DNA of 64,000 bases from Elsinoe ampelina (lineage: Eukaryota). A model generated the notes under the pieces. That model was not told the DNA's origin and ran no database searches. It saw only the letters and a list, made by a program, of their open reading frames with translations. The stretch is from NCBI GenBank assembly GCA_010093995.1, contig ML992501.1, positions 1,855,583-1,919,582 on the forward strand, written 5' to 3'. Below, one piece after another: positions 24,218-35,568 of the stretch. Position numbers and translations under genes: made by a program. How positions within the stretch are numbered: position 1 is the stretch's first letter; the number at the start of each line of letters is the position of its first letter.

Positions 24218-26044
24218 GGCTTCAGATGCGTGAAAATCTGGTCAAATTGAGGTGAGGTGAGGAAGGTGAGGAAGGTAAGGAAGAGGTGGAAGAGAGGCCT
24301 AGATAAAGGGTATTTAACGTGTGGAATGGGTAATAGTGACTTGTCCTCTACGCTGAAGACTGAATGGAAAATGGATGCCACGGTGTGAGTTCGGATAGCA
24401 GATGGCTATAGACTTGTGATACCCACTTCCTAATCGCAATTGGGGCAAGACCATGAAAAAATGACAGCATCACAGCGAAGAATGGTACAGTGCGGGCGTC
24501 GAGGTTTGCTAGCTGGTATTCAAAGTAGAAGTAAGCCATACGGCGGACTTCTGGCGGCCCACACATGTCTACCCATATGGGACATGATATCCTGTAGTGG
24601 TCGACGAAAGTGGTTCTCACGTGGTAAAGACCAGTAGGGTTCATGTGTGGTGGATCTTGTCAGCGTTGTCCCATGAATGTCTTGAGCTTGATTGCCTGGT
24701 CCATTAGAGGGAAGATTGGTCTGTAAGATGAAGACTTTGCTGGGAGAGATTGTTGCTCAATGACGTGGACGAAAGTATGTGGAAGTCGCTGCAAGAGAGC
24801 TTGACGTGTGACTGACAATTGAACAGATATCCATCCAGCTAAGTTAGCCGTCAATTGCCTGAAGCCGAGCATGTTGGGAGCTCTGGCACATGTCGAGATT
24901 TCCAATTGACGTGGTTAGTAATAAGCTTCAATAAAGAAATTATAATGATCATGTCGCCTGATCTCATGTCCGTAACTCGGCCGTGGAAAAGACGTCGTTG
25001 CTTCTTGTCCCGTTGAACCTGTTGTGATAACGGAGAAAGGAGACGGGATTAGCAATGACTGTCTCATTCGGACATGAACGGACGTTGAAGATGGAGGGGA
25101 ATATGAACCTGTATAATGATAATAAATGAAGGTCATGTCTTGCTTGGCCGTTGGTGACGCTCCCCACCTGCCTATTTGGACTCGGACGGAAAACCGAGCC
25201 GGGTGAGCTGACGAACCTCCGAGGTCTCGATGCCCCGGCGATGCAGGCCGGATTTCGGCCCTTCAACGGTGCTGCATGGTCTCAACGATGGCTCGATACC
25301 GAAGCTGTCACATATCAACTCATCATCCACACTTTCTTTTGTCGTTCCTGATTGGTCATGTCAGGTCGTTGGTCGCAAGCACAAGCCCGTTCTGGACCCA
25401 CCGCCTCGTCTTCTCCTTCGCTTCCTTGCATGCGATTTTCACACTCCGGCGTCGCACGATTTGGCGCTATCGTCAACGAAAAAGACTCGAGTCGACTTCC
25501 GCATACCACGTCGAATCCGACTATTTTTATCTGATATTCCAAGTTTCCCATACAGCTTGGCGAGGGTAGGCAGGGGCGAGTCTTGCAGAAGACAGCCTGG
25601 CTCGTCGTCGACGGCCAGCAACGATCGAATAATAAACCCATTGAAGAACCCCTCGACGTTGCGTCGGTCCTAGAACCGTCGCTTACTGCTATCCGGAACC
25701 CTTCATTCAGCGCCGCAACGAGTCCGCTACGAGATCAGCTGCAGCGCCGGCACTTTTCTCCCATCTGATCCACGTTTTTTCCTGCTTCCCTGCAGACTCT
25801 CGTACCTTGACCTGTCACGCCTGTCCTCAGCGCCGCGCCTGCGGCCGGTTCCTCTTTTCTTGGCGAACCCCAACTCCACTCGACGTCCTAGGTCCTCCTC
25901 CGCCGCATGCGAACTCCAGTGCCCTCGCAAGCCCTGCTCGATTGAGCAACATGCTGCAATAATTCTCGCTACGGCGCCCCATATACGTCGACTGGCTTGC
26001 GGATTTATCAGAGCCGCACCCCTGGTCATTCCCCAGGATCCACA

Positions 26045-27914
26045 ATGGTCTACACGGGGCCCAGTGACGGATGTCATCTTTGTCGGAAGCGTAGAATAAA
26101 GGTACGTTCCCGTCCGATCGCCACACTAGGGTGTCACGGACATGATGGCGGTGCCACGACGGCAACCTTTCGTAGCAGAGCCGCGACTGATATACGTCTA
26201 GTGCGACGGTGGCCGGCCAAGTTGTCAGCGCTGTATCATCTACAAGGCGAAATGTCCTGGTTACCGAAGCGAGAGTGATTACAAATTCGTCAACGAAAAT
26301 AATTCTACAGAAACAAAAACACTTGCTGTCCGCAAACGAACAACATCCTCACGTCCTAATCGTAATGCCACAAAGCCATCTCCGGCAACATCTGTATCAT
26401 CGTCGACATCGCAAGACTCGAAGCAATCGCAAAGTCCGCAATGGATCGCCCGAAGACCTCAGAGCGATCCCAACATTGTATCGCCTACTCCAGCCTGGGA
26501 AGATTGGAGTGTAAACTCTTTCATCCATGATTGGACGATTCCAGAGGCCAGCAATGGCATGGCCGTGGGCTTCCTCGAGTTCCTTCCCGACCTCTTCACC
26601 AAGTCCAAGGCGGACCTCGACTTCTCTCTGGCTCTCCGAGCAGCTTCTTATGCGTCCTTTGCGAACCAGCACAACTCACCCGAGATGATGGCCAAGGCGC
26701 GGGCCTCGTACGGTCGGGCACTAACGGCCTTGAATGCATCATTACGAAACTCCGAAGCATCACTCCGAGACAGTACAATCGCATCGATAGTGCTACTTCA
26801 GATCTTTGAGGTAAGCCGTTTTCATAGTCCATCTGGCATCATCGATCAGGTCGTGCATGTCAATCCGGTAAAGACTAACTCGTTATAGCACATTACTTGT
26901 GACGATTCATTATCAATAGGCAATCATGATGCCGGCTTGCGAATGCTCTTCGCCATGCGAGGCTTCAAGCAGTTAGAGTCAACCCAAGGTCGGTCCATAG
27001 CAAGGATCGTCATGGGATACCTAGTGTGTCCTCCTTCCCGATTATTAGGTGGACCCGACTCACCACCGAAACAGCATGGCAGAGATGTCTCACAAACAAA
27101 AGAATCTACAGAACTCATGCGGAGAGGTTGTCACTATCTAGGGTACCCGCCAGAGCATCCCGCACGACAACGCAATGCTGAAGTCCGCAACATGACCGAT
27201 ATTCTCGCCGTACTCACGCCATTCTTTCGACAAAGTCCAAACGACCCGGCAGTCGTCGCAGATGTCGTGACTGAGCTGCAGTCGGCCATCGATTTTGACG
27301 CCACATACGCCAAGTGGGAATCTTCATTACCATCCAGCTGGCACTACAAAGAAGTCACTGTCGTGTCAAACCCTCTTCGAACGACGTCAACTGCGATACC
27401 GAGCGACGGTCTTGTGCATATTTATAGCTCACCTTTGATCGCCTGCTACATCAACCTCTACCGCGTCCAGTATATTGTTCTCCACAAAGTCATGTTACGA
27501 GTCGCAGCACACTTCGGACTTGTGGACTGGTCGATACCTCCGACAGACACGATGCCCGGACAGACTTTGAATGTCGCAAGGTCGCTCTCTATCATTCACA
27601 GACTCAATGACCAGATCCTGGCTAGTGCAGCCTGTGCCATGGGTGAAGTCGACAAAGACGGCTCTATAGCACACATGAGTCCAGGCCGAGCAGTCGGCGC
27701 ATACTATCTCCTCTGGCCACTTACGCACATATATCAAGACATGAACTCGACATCACAACAAAAGTCTGACGCCAATCGATCATTCAACTTTATCGGAAAC
27801 GTCCTCGGGGTGAAGAGGGGGATCAGGCAGATTGCCAACCGGCCGGCAAGTCCACGAGATGGGCCTGGTGGGTTGCGACTTTCCCCACCGCGACCCGTGG
27901 TCGAATCTCGATGA
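26045..27914 (+). CDS. Zn(II)2Cys6 transcription factor; introns 26102-26201, 26811-26888 (possibly 27024-27074)
   Basis: MVYTGPSDGCHLCRKRRIK|CDGGRPSCQRCIIYKAKCPGY; middle region ARASYGRALTALNASL..LLQIFE. Confidence 0.9.
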
Positions 27915-28657
27915 GAGAATCTCCTGTAGATTCTAGAAGGGGGCTATCCAGGAAACATCCCCGATACATACAAGGTGCTGAGTGCGACACTCGAGGTCCA
28001 GGGAAAGTGAACTACACTTGGCGTCACGCACATTCACGACGATTGCATTCAATCATGAGACATCATCGCATTTACATAGCGCTTTTCTTCTCCACTGTAA
28101 ATATACCACATCTTGTCATATATACGAAGGACAATTTTGACACCAGCCTTGCCAATAATACCAAGCTGTACCTGCATAAGCAGCCAAGTCTACCCTCTGC
28201 GACATCAGCCATGTCATGGCCACGATGCTTGCCTGATACCTCCAGCTGTTCGCATGATTTTATTTTCCGTCTTCCGCGTGCCAGCTGATCAATGACCATT
28301 CGCTGAAAACAGTTCAGCAGCGCTGCGCTATGGCCGCAAGCCACAATGCAAGATACAGGCCCGCCAGAGCTGAAGCTGCGGAAATCTCACCTCATTTTTT
28401 TGCCCACCTGATGATAAGCACATAGGAGGTCGCGCAACAGGTCTGGCGCTTTTTCTTTTCGTTAACATTATTATCTGAAGCGTGCATCATCATCTATACC
28501 AAGCATACCATCACTAGCGTAGCACAACACTCGCTTGGACGACCTCACCTACATACCAATCCGCCACCACACGCGGCCAGATAACGACACCCCCGTCCTC
28601 ACCAAACTACACATCACCCATCAACCCACCAGGTCCACCACACCACGACAACCAACC

Positions 28658-29758
28658 ATGCCCTTCCCCCCCTCCGACCCCCGCACCCCTCTCCTCCAAT
28701 TCCCTCCTTCTCCCCCCACCCCCACCTCCTCCCTCAGCACCAACCACCACCTCCAATTCTGCACCCTCATCGGCATGCCCCCCCTCCCACACCCGTCCCT
28801 GCCCCTCATCCCCCTCCCCAAACCCACAAAAGACACCCTCTACCAACGGGCCCTCTCGCGCCGCCGCTCGCAAAACCGCATCTACCTCTTCACCGCCAGC
28901 CTCTCCAACACACTGCTCCTCTCGCAAGTCGTGCTGGGCGCGGCGCTCACGGCCCTCGGCGCCGCGGCCGCGAACCACATCCTCATCACGGTCTTCGGGG
29001 CCGTGAACACCATCATCGCGGGGCTGGTGGCGTACCTGAAGTCGCGCGGGCAGCCGATGAGGGCGCGCATGTACCGCGAGGATCTGGAGCGGTTGGTCGA
29101 TGAGATCGAGTCGAGTGCTACTATGTGGTTGGGTGTCGCTACGGGGACGCATGGGTATGATGCTATTGATATTGATGAGAGGGTTACGGTGAGGGGCGAG
29201 GTGGCGAGGTTGACGAGGTTGTGGGATCAGGCTGTGAGGCGGAATGTGAGTAATGATCCGGATATGTACGCTGCTGGGTCCGTGGGGGATGGTGGGGAGG
29301 GGGGGTTGAGGAGGAAGCAGGGTGGGGTGGCGCCGGGGCCGGTGCAGGTCCCGGGGATTGTGCCGGTGGCGGTGGGGTCGAGTGTGAGGGAGGGCCCGGT
29401 GCCGCCTGCTGAAGCTGTTGGGGTGGTGAAGGAGGGGCAGGATGCGCCGGCGAAGGAGGTGGAGGGGGTGAAGAAGGAGGAGGGGGCGGCAAAGGGAAAG
29501 GGGGAGAATGGGAGTTTGACGCCGGCGGAGGGGAAGAAAGTGGAGCAGGCTCCGGTAGCTCCGCCGACTCCGGCTCCTACTCTGGCACCTGTGGCACAGG
29601 CGCTGGATCCGGATGAGAGTCCTGCTGCGGCGACGGGGGAGCAGATTGCGGCGAGGAAGAAGGCCGAGGCGGAGGCGAGTGGGATTGGGGCGAGTGGGCA
29701 GAAGGCGAACGAGAGTATGAAGAGGACGCCGAGTAATCTTTCCCCGGGTGGAGCTTGA
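28658..29758 (+). CDS. SLATT (fungal SMODS/SLOG-associated 2TM effector domain) protein
   Basis: SNTLLLSQVVLGAALTALG..ITVFGAVNTIIAGLVAYLKSRGQPMRAR..LERLVDEIE matches the fungal SLATT pattern; first ATG 28658. Confidence 0.78.
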   Translation: MPFPPSDPRTPLLQFPPSPPTPTSSLSTNHHLQFCTLIGMPPLPHPSLPLIPLPKPTKDTLYQRALSRRRSQNRIYLFTASLSNTLLLSQVVLGAALTALGAAAANHILITVFGAVNTIIAGLVAYLKSRGQPMRARMYREDLERLVDEIESSATMWLGVATGTHGYDAIDIDERVTVRGEVARLTRLWDQAVRRNVSNDPDMYAAGSVGDGGEGGLRRKQGGVAPGPVQVPGIVPVAVGSSVREGPVPPAEAVGVVKEGQDAPAKEVEGVKKEEGAAKGKGENGSLTPAEGKKVEQAPVAPPTPAPTLAPVAQALDPDESPAAATGEQIAARKKAEAEASGIGASGQKANESMKRTPSNLSPGGA

Positions 29759-29928
29759 ATAGGCATACAGATAGAGGGAGGGAAGAGGAGCATCTAAGTG
29801 CACATAATACGACAGCTAGACTAGATCCATACAGCCACTTTCAGCAATTTCATTCTTCCCTCAATCCCTGCTCGCGAAACGCTTCTCAGATGACCTCCGG
29901 CAATATCGTTAACGTGGTACTGAGGTGA

Positions 29929-31402
29929 CTATGACTGGATCTCCAGCTCCAAAGCCTTGTTGTCAAGGATAGCTCCTGGTTTGGCAGGGAGCCATGCACC
30001 CTTTGGTGGCGTTGGGTTGTTCTTCTTGAATGTGTCGCAGATCTGCTCCATGGTGACCCACTCGACTTCAATATCCTTCTGCTTGTTGATGTATTCGATC
30101 ATTCTGCAGCCGTTAGCACTCCCGGGCATTCGGGAGTTGAGTGAAATTACCTCTCGACCATGAGCACGCCATGAGGGTGCCCGCTCACGTCTGGATGTGT
30201 AGTGACGGCGAAGACGGCGCCGACGTCACCATTGCCATCTCCGTAGATGACAGGATCATAATCCGCTTCTTGTTCCTTGATCTCCCTCACGTAGAAATCA
30301 AAGTGTTCCCGCCAGATCTTCTCCACAGTTTCTGTGTCGACCCAGCCTGCCAGCAGTCAGTATGTCGCCACCTGAAGCTCTTCTTGGTCTCAAAACATGC
30401 CACTGCAAATGATTAGCAAATGAGAAGAGAAAGAGGCTCGGGGATGACCAGCTGTGAATTTTTTGATTCCTTTACGAACATGAGAGGCGGTAGATCATCC
30501 AGGTACCACGAAGCCCCGATTTCCACCAGCCCAGTGAGCTGTCCTTTCCGGAGAGGGTTCATCCAAGTATCGGGATGATTGTCGAAATTGATCTTGTCCC
30601 ACTCATCACCAGTCCTGAGCCAGTAGGGCTGAGAGTCATGGTGGGAGAAAGAGTGATCGTACTCCAAGCCATACTTGAGCATGAGTTCTGCTCCCTCCTT
30701 GCTTGCCTCTATCGCATGTGTCAGCATCATCATGGGCTGGGAACGGAGCATTTCATGGGAGGCGAGACTCACCCCACCAGGGCGCTACGATTCCCCTAGG
30801 AGGTCTGCCTTGAAAGTCCTGGATGAGACGGTAGCACTTGTCCATGACAACAGTCTGCTGCTCGAGCGTCATCGACTTTGGGTTCTCATGAGAGTAACCT
30901 GCACCACATCGTCAATGTTTGCTCACGCTTGCTGAGTGCCGGTGACTTTACCATGAAGACCAATCTCATGCCCCTGATCAGCAATCATGCGACACTCTTC
31001 AGGGAAAGTCTCAAGAGAGTGCCCAGGGATGAACCACGTGGTCTTGATGTTGTGCTTCTTGAAGAGGCGAAGCATACGGCGGACACCGACTGTGCCGGCG
31101 AACATGCCTGTACAATATCAACCACCCCGTTGGCATGGGTTAAAGGAAAGGTCAAACCTCGCGAGATGTCGCTAGTCGAGTCCTCGCCGCCATAGGAGCC
31201 GAGCCTGTCGATTGATTAGCTGCTTTTCCTTAACTAGCATTTCGATGCTTCTTGAAACAACAAAAGATTGGTAAGTGTCTACATACCATCCTGCCACAGC
31301 ATCGATATCGACAGAAATACAGCACTGAACTACAACGAATCAGCCATGCCGTCCACGCTACACCCTCTCCATCGACCAGAAGCACTCACTCTTCTTCGGC
31401 AT
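29929..31402 (-). CDS. polysaccharide deacetylase (CE4/NodB, PgdA/PuuE-like), multi-intron
   Basis: [69 protein letters not shown]. Confidence 0.88.
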
Positions 31403-32253
31403 ATTGACGACTGTATATATCCAACTGCTCAATCGATACAACCAAAAGCACGCCTACTTGTCAAGAAATGACTCTTCTCGCAATCCCGAAAATGACTTTA
31501 TCACGCTCCCCACCGCGCCGCGCTTCTCTCAGACGGGACAAGAGGGGCAGCTTGGGAAGGTTCTTTGCCCCGCGGACCCCCGAAAAAGCGACACCATGAC
31601 GTCGTTGTGGAGAGGTTCGTTATCGGTGACTACTGAAGGTTACTATATCCACGTGGCGCGGCTGGGGACTGGATAATCAAGCTGATAGGCGCGGATTGGT
31701 TCGCTTCCCGAAAGGTTGTCTTCCGCTCGCGTGAGGCAGAGGTTTTGTGCATGGGATCGTGGTTGGCGAGGGCAGTGGAGAGTTGGAGAGGGGGTTGGAG
31801 GCTGTGGAGGTTGGGTCTCCATCTCAGAGATATGCAAGGAATACGACCAGAGGAGTTGAACATTCGCTGTATGTAGCAGATGATGAGAGACATCATTGAG
31901 TCCACGGTTGATCGTGTAAAATCGTCCGATGAAGCCAAAGCAGCTGCATAACATACTACTACCAGACATGCTCATATTGAAAACTTGGTAGTTCATTAGA
32001 TGATGCTATCAGCGCATTTACTTGATTATTTACACAACGCAAGATTGTCTAGGGAGTCTATCATTCTCACAAACGAACCGGGTAGCGTACATCAATCGCC
32101 AACGGGCATCACCACAACCGCACCTCACGAGACAAGACACCACATCTTCATAAAACAATTCATAATCATTACCTCCCCACAACCTATCGTACATAGTTTT
32201 CCCCGTATCGAATCCCCCCCTTCTTTCCCCCTTTCCCATCCCATATATACAAC

Positions 32254-34656
32254 CTAATCACTATTCGTCACCCTCAAACTCCTCTTCGGACTCAACGCCG
32301 TCCCCCAAAAACTCGGCTCCCCCCCGCTCAACAAATCATCCACGCTCTTCTCGGCCCGAGTATACTGCTTCCTCTGATCACCGTAACCCCTCGCGCTCCT
32401 ATCCCCCCCGCTACCATGCGCACTCCCCGTCTGCCCGCTCCCGTGTCTCGTCTCCCCTCCGCTGACGAACGGACTGCTTTCGCTGCCGTTTTTGTTGGCT
32501 TGTTCGCCGTCGCCGTAGAAGCCTGCCGCCGCGAAGGGGGTCTCGTCGAAGCTGAGGCGGTTGGCCGTTTCGAGGTGGCGTTTGTACTGCGCGAGGCGTC
32601 GGCGGTAGAGCCAGAGGCAGAAGGCGAGGTAGAGGGCGATGACGCCGAGGAGGCCGGCGATGATGCCGGCGGCGATGGCGCCGATGTTGGGGCCCGAGGG
32701 GGCGGAGGAGGATGTGCCGCCTGCTGTGGCGGTTTGGGTCACCGCGCCGCCGGTTTGGGTGGCGGTGACGGTGTAGGTGACTGCGCGGCCGGTCTTCATC
32801 GGGCCGTCGGTGGGGAGTTGTGCGGGTTGGGTTACTGTTGCGCCACCTTGACCATTGCCGCCGATGACGGCTTGGACGGGGGCGGGGACTGTGTAGCCAT
32901 AGCTGCCCTCGAGACCGCCGGAGCCTGACCCGTCAGCGTTTTGGCGCTGGACGACTTGTTGGTTGAGCGGGTTGCGGTCAATGGAGGAGTCGGGGCCGTC
33001 GGTACGGGCGTTGTAGGACGTGGTCCATTTGAGCTCGGAGAGGTCAAAGACGTAGACCCCAGGACTGTCGCAGGATATCTCTGGACCGACATAGCCCCCG
33101 ACGAGCACCATCTGAGCATTCCAGATATTGCAGGTGTGGCCGGCGCGGGCGTAAGGAACTGGTTGATTGGATTGGTCAACCTGAATCCAAGTGAAAGAAG
33201 GTAGGGTGAGGATCCACATGTCGTCGTACTGGACCTGCTCGCCTTGTGGGATCAGGTTCTGTCCTCCATACATGTAGATATTCTGGCTGGAGCCATCGGC
33301 GGCTGAGGCGACAACAGCGCAAGGATTGACTCGGATCTTTGGCGTGGGTCCGGTTGTAGCTTGCTTGTACCAAGTCGACGAGGCAATGTCATACACGTCG
33401 AGCTGCGACATCTGCTGGAAAGTCGTGTTTGTACCTCCAGCAAGCCCTAACAGGATACCTTCGTCGCCATAGCCTGGTACATACAGGAGAAGACCATCAG
33501 CGCGCTCTGGAAAGCCGGCAGTATCCTGCACACCCCCAGTCGTGATGTTGCGCCATGCACCCTCGGCTGGTGCTGGTCGATTGTCTGATAGTGATGACAC
33601 TTGCGTGTTGGACCGGCCAGGAAAGGTGAACTCGAGCAGTGAGGTGAGATATATTCTCCAGATGGACTGAGACCAGCCCTGTGTCGTGTAGCCGTCTTGA
33701 TGACCGCCAAAGTAGAAGCCACGACCGAGAGATGGCACGGAAATGCCAGAGCCCTCGGCAGCACGCTGGACTGGCTCATTCGCGGCGGAGGAGAATTGGC
33801 CGTCTGAGGTGCGAGGGTCGGAGTGCTCAATCCACCGGCTGGACGGTACATTGTACTCCCAGAGAGAAAATGGGTCAGGTGTGGCAGAAGGATCAGATGA
33901 GTACTCGCCGCCGTACAAGAAGAGCGAATCGTAGGAGTGCCAGAGTGTTCCAAGCGAAACGGCAGGAGGGCCATTGGGTTGTGATAGGCCATTGAGAGGT
34001 GGATCTGAGATCTGGAACGAACGCGTGAGGTCGAGCGAGAGGAAGTTGTTGTTCCATGTGTTGGACGTCTGTCCGGGTTCTGTCGTAGCTTCACCACCGT
34101 AGATGTACAGTGTTCCGTTGACCATGGCGGCTGGGTGATATTAGCATCATTCGTCGCCGTCCACCTCGGTAAACATACTCATGTGAGCCCATCGTGAACA
34201 AACATCAGTCGGGCTGTTCTGCCTCTTCACCAGGCCAGGCTCTGCATCGAGCACCACGCCACTGTCCCTTTTGATCGGTCCACCCTTGACACCCAGCAAT
34301 GGTGCCGAGTTCGTCGACCATGGCGCACCCTGCAGCAATGGCACCAGCACAGCCAGAAACAGAGCTCCCATACTCAACCGATACAGGGCCGAGCTGCCCT
34401 CGAGCTGTGACCGCCTCATCTCCAACCTCTGCTTCTCAACCGCCAAATCGCAATCCAGATCCTCGTTGGCGGGCTCCGGCTCGTCGCTTTCAAACTCGAA
34501 GATGTCGGGTGTACTGTTGAACCGTAACGATTTCGGTCTCACTTCCTCAGTCAAAGATATAGGCTCCACGTCGGCATCAATAAGTCCAGTCTCGACAAAG
34601 ACAGACCTGCGTCTGGGGACGGGCGAAGAATCCTGCGCCCCGGGGATAGACTCCAT
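32254..34656 (-). CDS. Kelch-repeat single-pass membrane protein; intron 34178-34131
   Basis: CSRWAHM|TAMVNGTLYIYGG, repeated YGG/FGG Kelch motifs, TM IGAIAAGIIAGLLGVIALYLAFCLWLY followed by RRR. Confidence 0.85.
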
Positions 34657-35568
34657 GTGTGACAGTAGGCGGGGTGTGATTAGTTTAAGTCGAAGCACCA
34701 CGGCGCATGTCCAGAGATACTGTAGTCTCTCGCTTGCCAATCCCACGTGGCGAACATTCTCACTCGACAACCATGCGTTCAAGACAGGAAGGACAAAAGG
34801 TGTGACGGCGGTGGTGAATACGAGGTACAACCTGGGATGTCAACGTGATAATATCAGATCAGCGAGTGGGGTCTTGCTTGATAGAGCGCGTAAGGGAAAA
34901 TGACGATAATCAGGGAAGGGGGGAAAACCTGGCTTTGCTAGGTCCCTCTTCCTTACAGACCCTGTGGCAGGACATGACCAGTGGGCCAGCGCAGAGCGCA
35001 GAAGCACTGGCTTGGGCCATCAAGGCGTGGTAGTTTTCGGTGTAGTGGTGATCCGAAAGCACGAGAAAAGAATGCATGCATTGTTGTTGTGTCGCGACGA
35101 CGTCAGAAGCCTGTCGATCACCGCCCGCCCTGTCCAAGCGAGACCCTGTTTTTCGGGGCTTTCAGCCTGTCAAAGTCCTCGAAACGCTGCATTCTTTGGG
35201 GGAGATCCGCCACCCCGTAATTAGAGAGGGCTTAGCGCAAAAGTTAGTGGCCTGTACAGATCGTGATTCAAGCACTTGCAGTGACCGCACTCGATGACCT
35301 CTCTCTCGTTCCAGCGGGTTTTGCCATGTCCGAACTGGTAGGAATCAGACGAATCTGCTCATATTCTGTCACACAACACGGCTCGTCTATGCACTGCGGG
35401 CTGCAGCTACCACAGTGCGGCACAAGATCCAGGAACAGCAAACCATGTGCAATCCGAGGGCAGACCAATCATCGTCTTGAGCAAACATGTCATTGCTGAA
35501 CCACTAACCATGCAACCTAACCCATGCCATGCACCAGAACCACATGCTTCCAGAACGCCAAAGTCAAC

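Noticed and set aside
28607..29803. 398-aa antisense ORF over the SLATT gene (likewise 36460-37557 over UTP20 and many ORFs opposite LAH)
   Set aside because: Stop-codon scarcity from GC-rich, skewed codon use; no recognisable domains.
19642..31402. MFS + Zn2Cys6 + deacetylase as a biosynthetic gene cluster
   Set aside because: No PKS, NRPS, terpene synthase or tailoring oxidase in the window.
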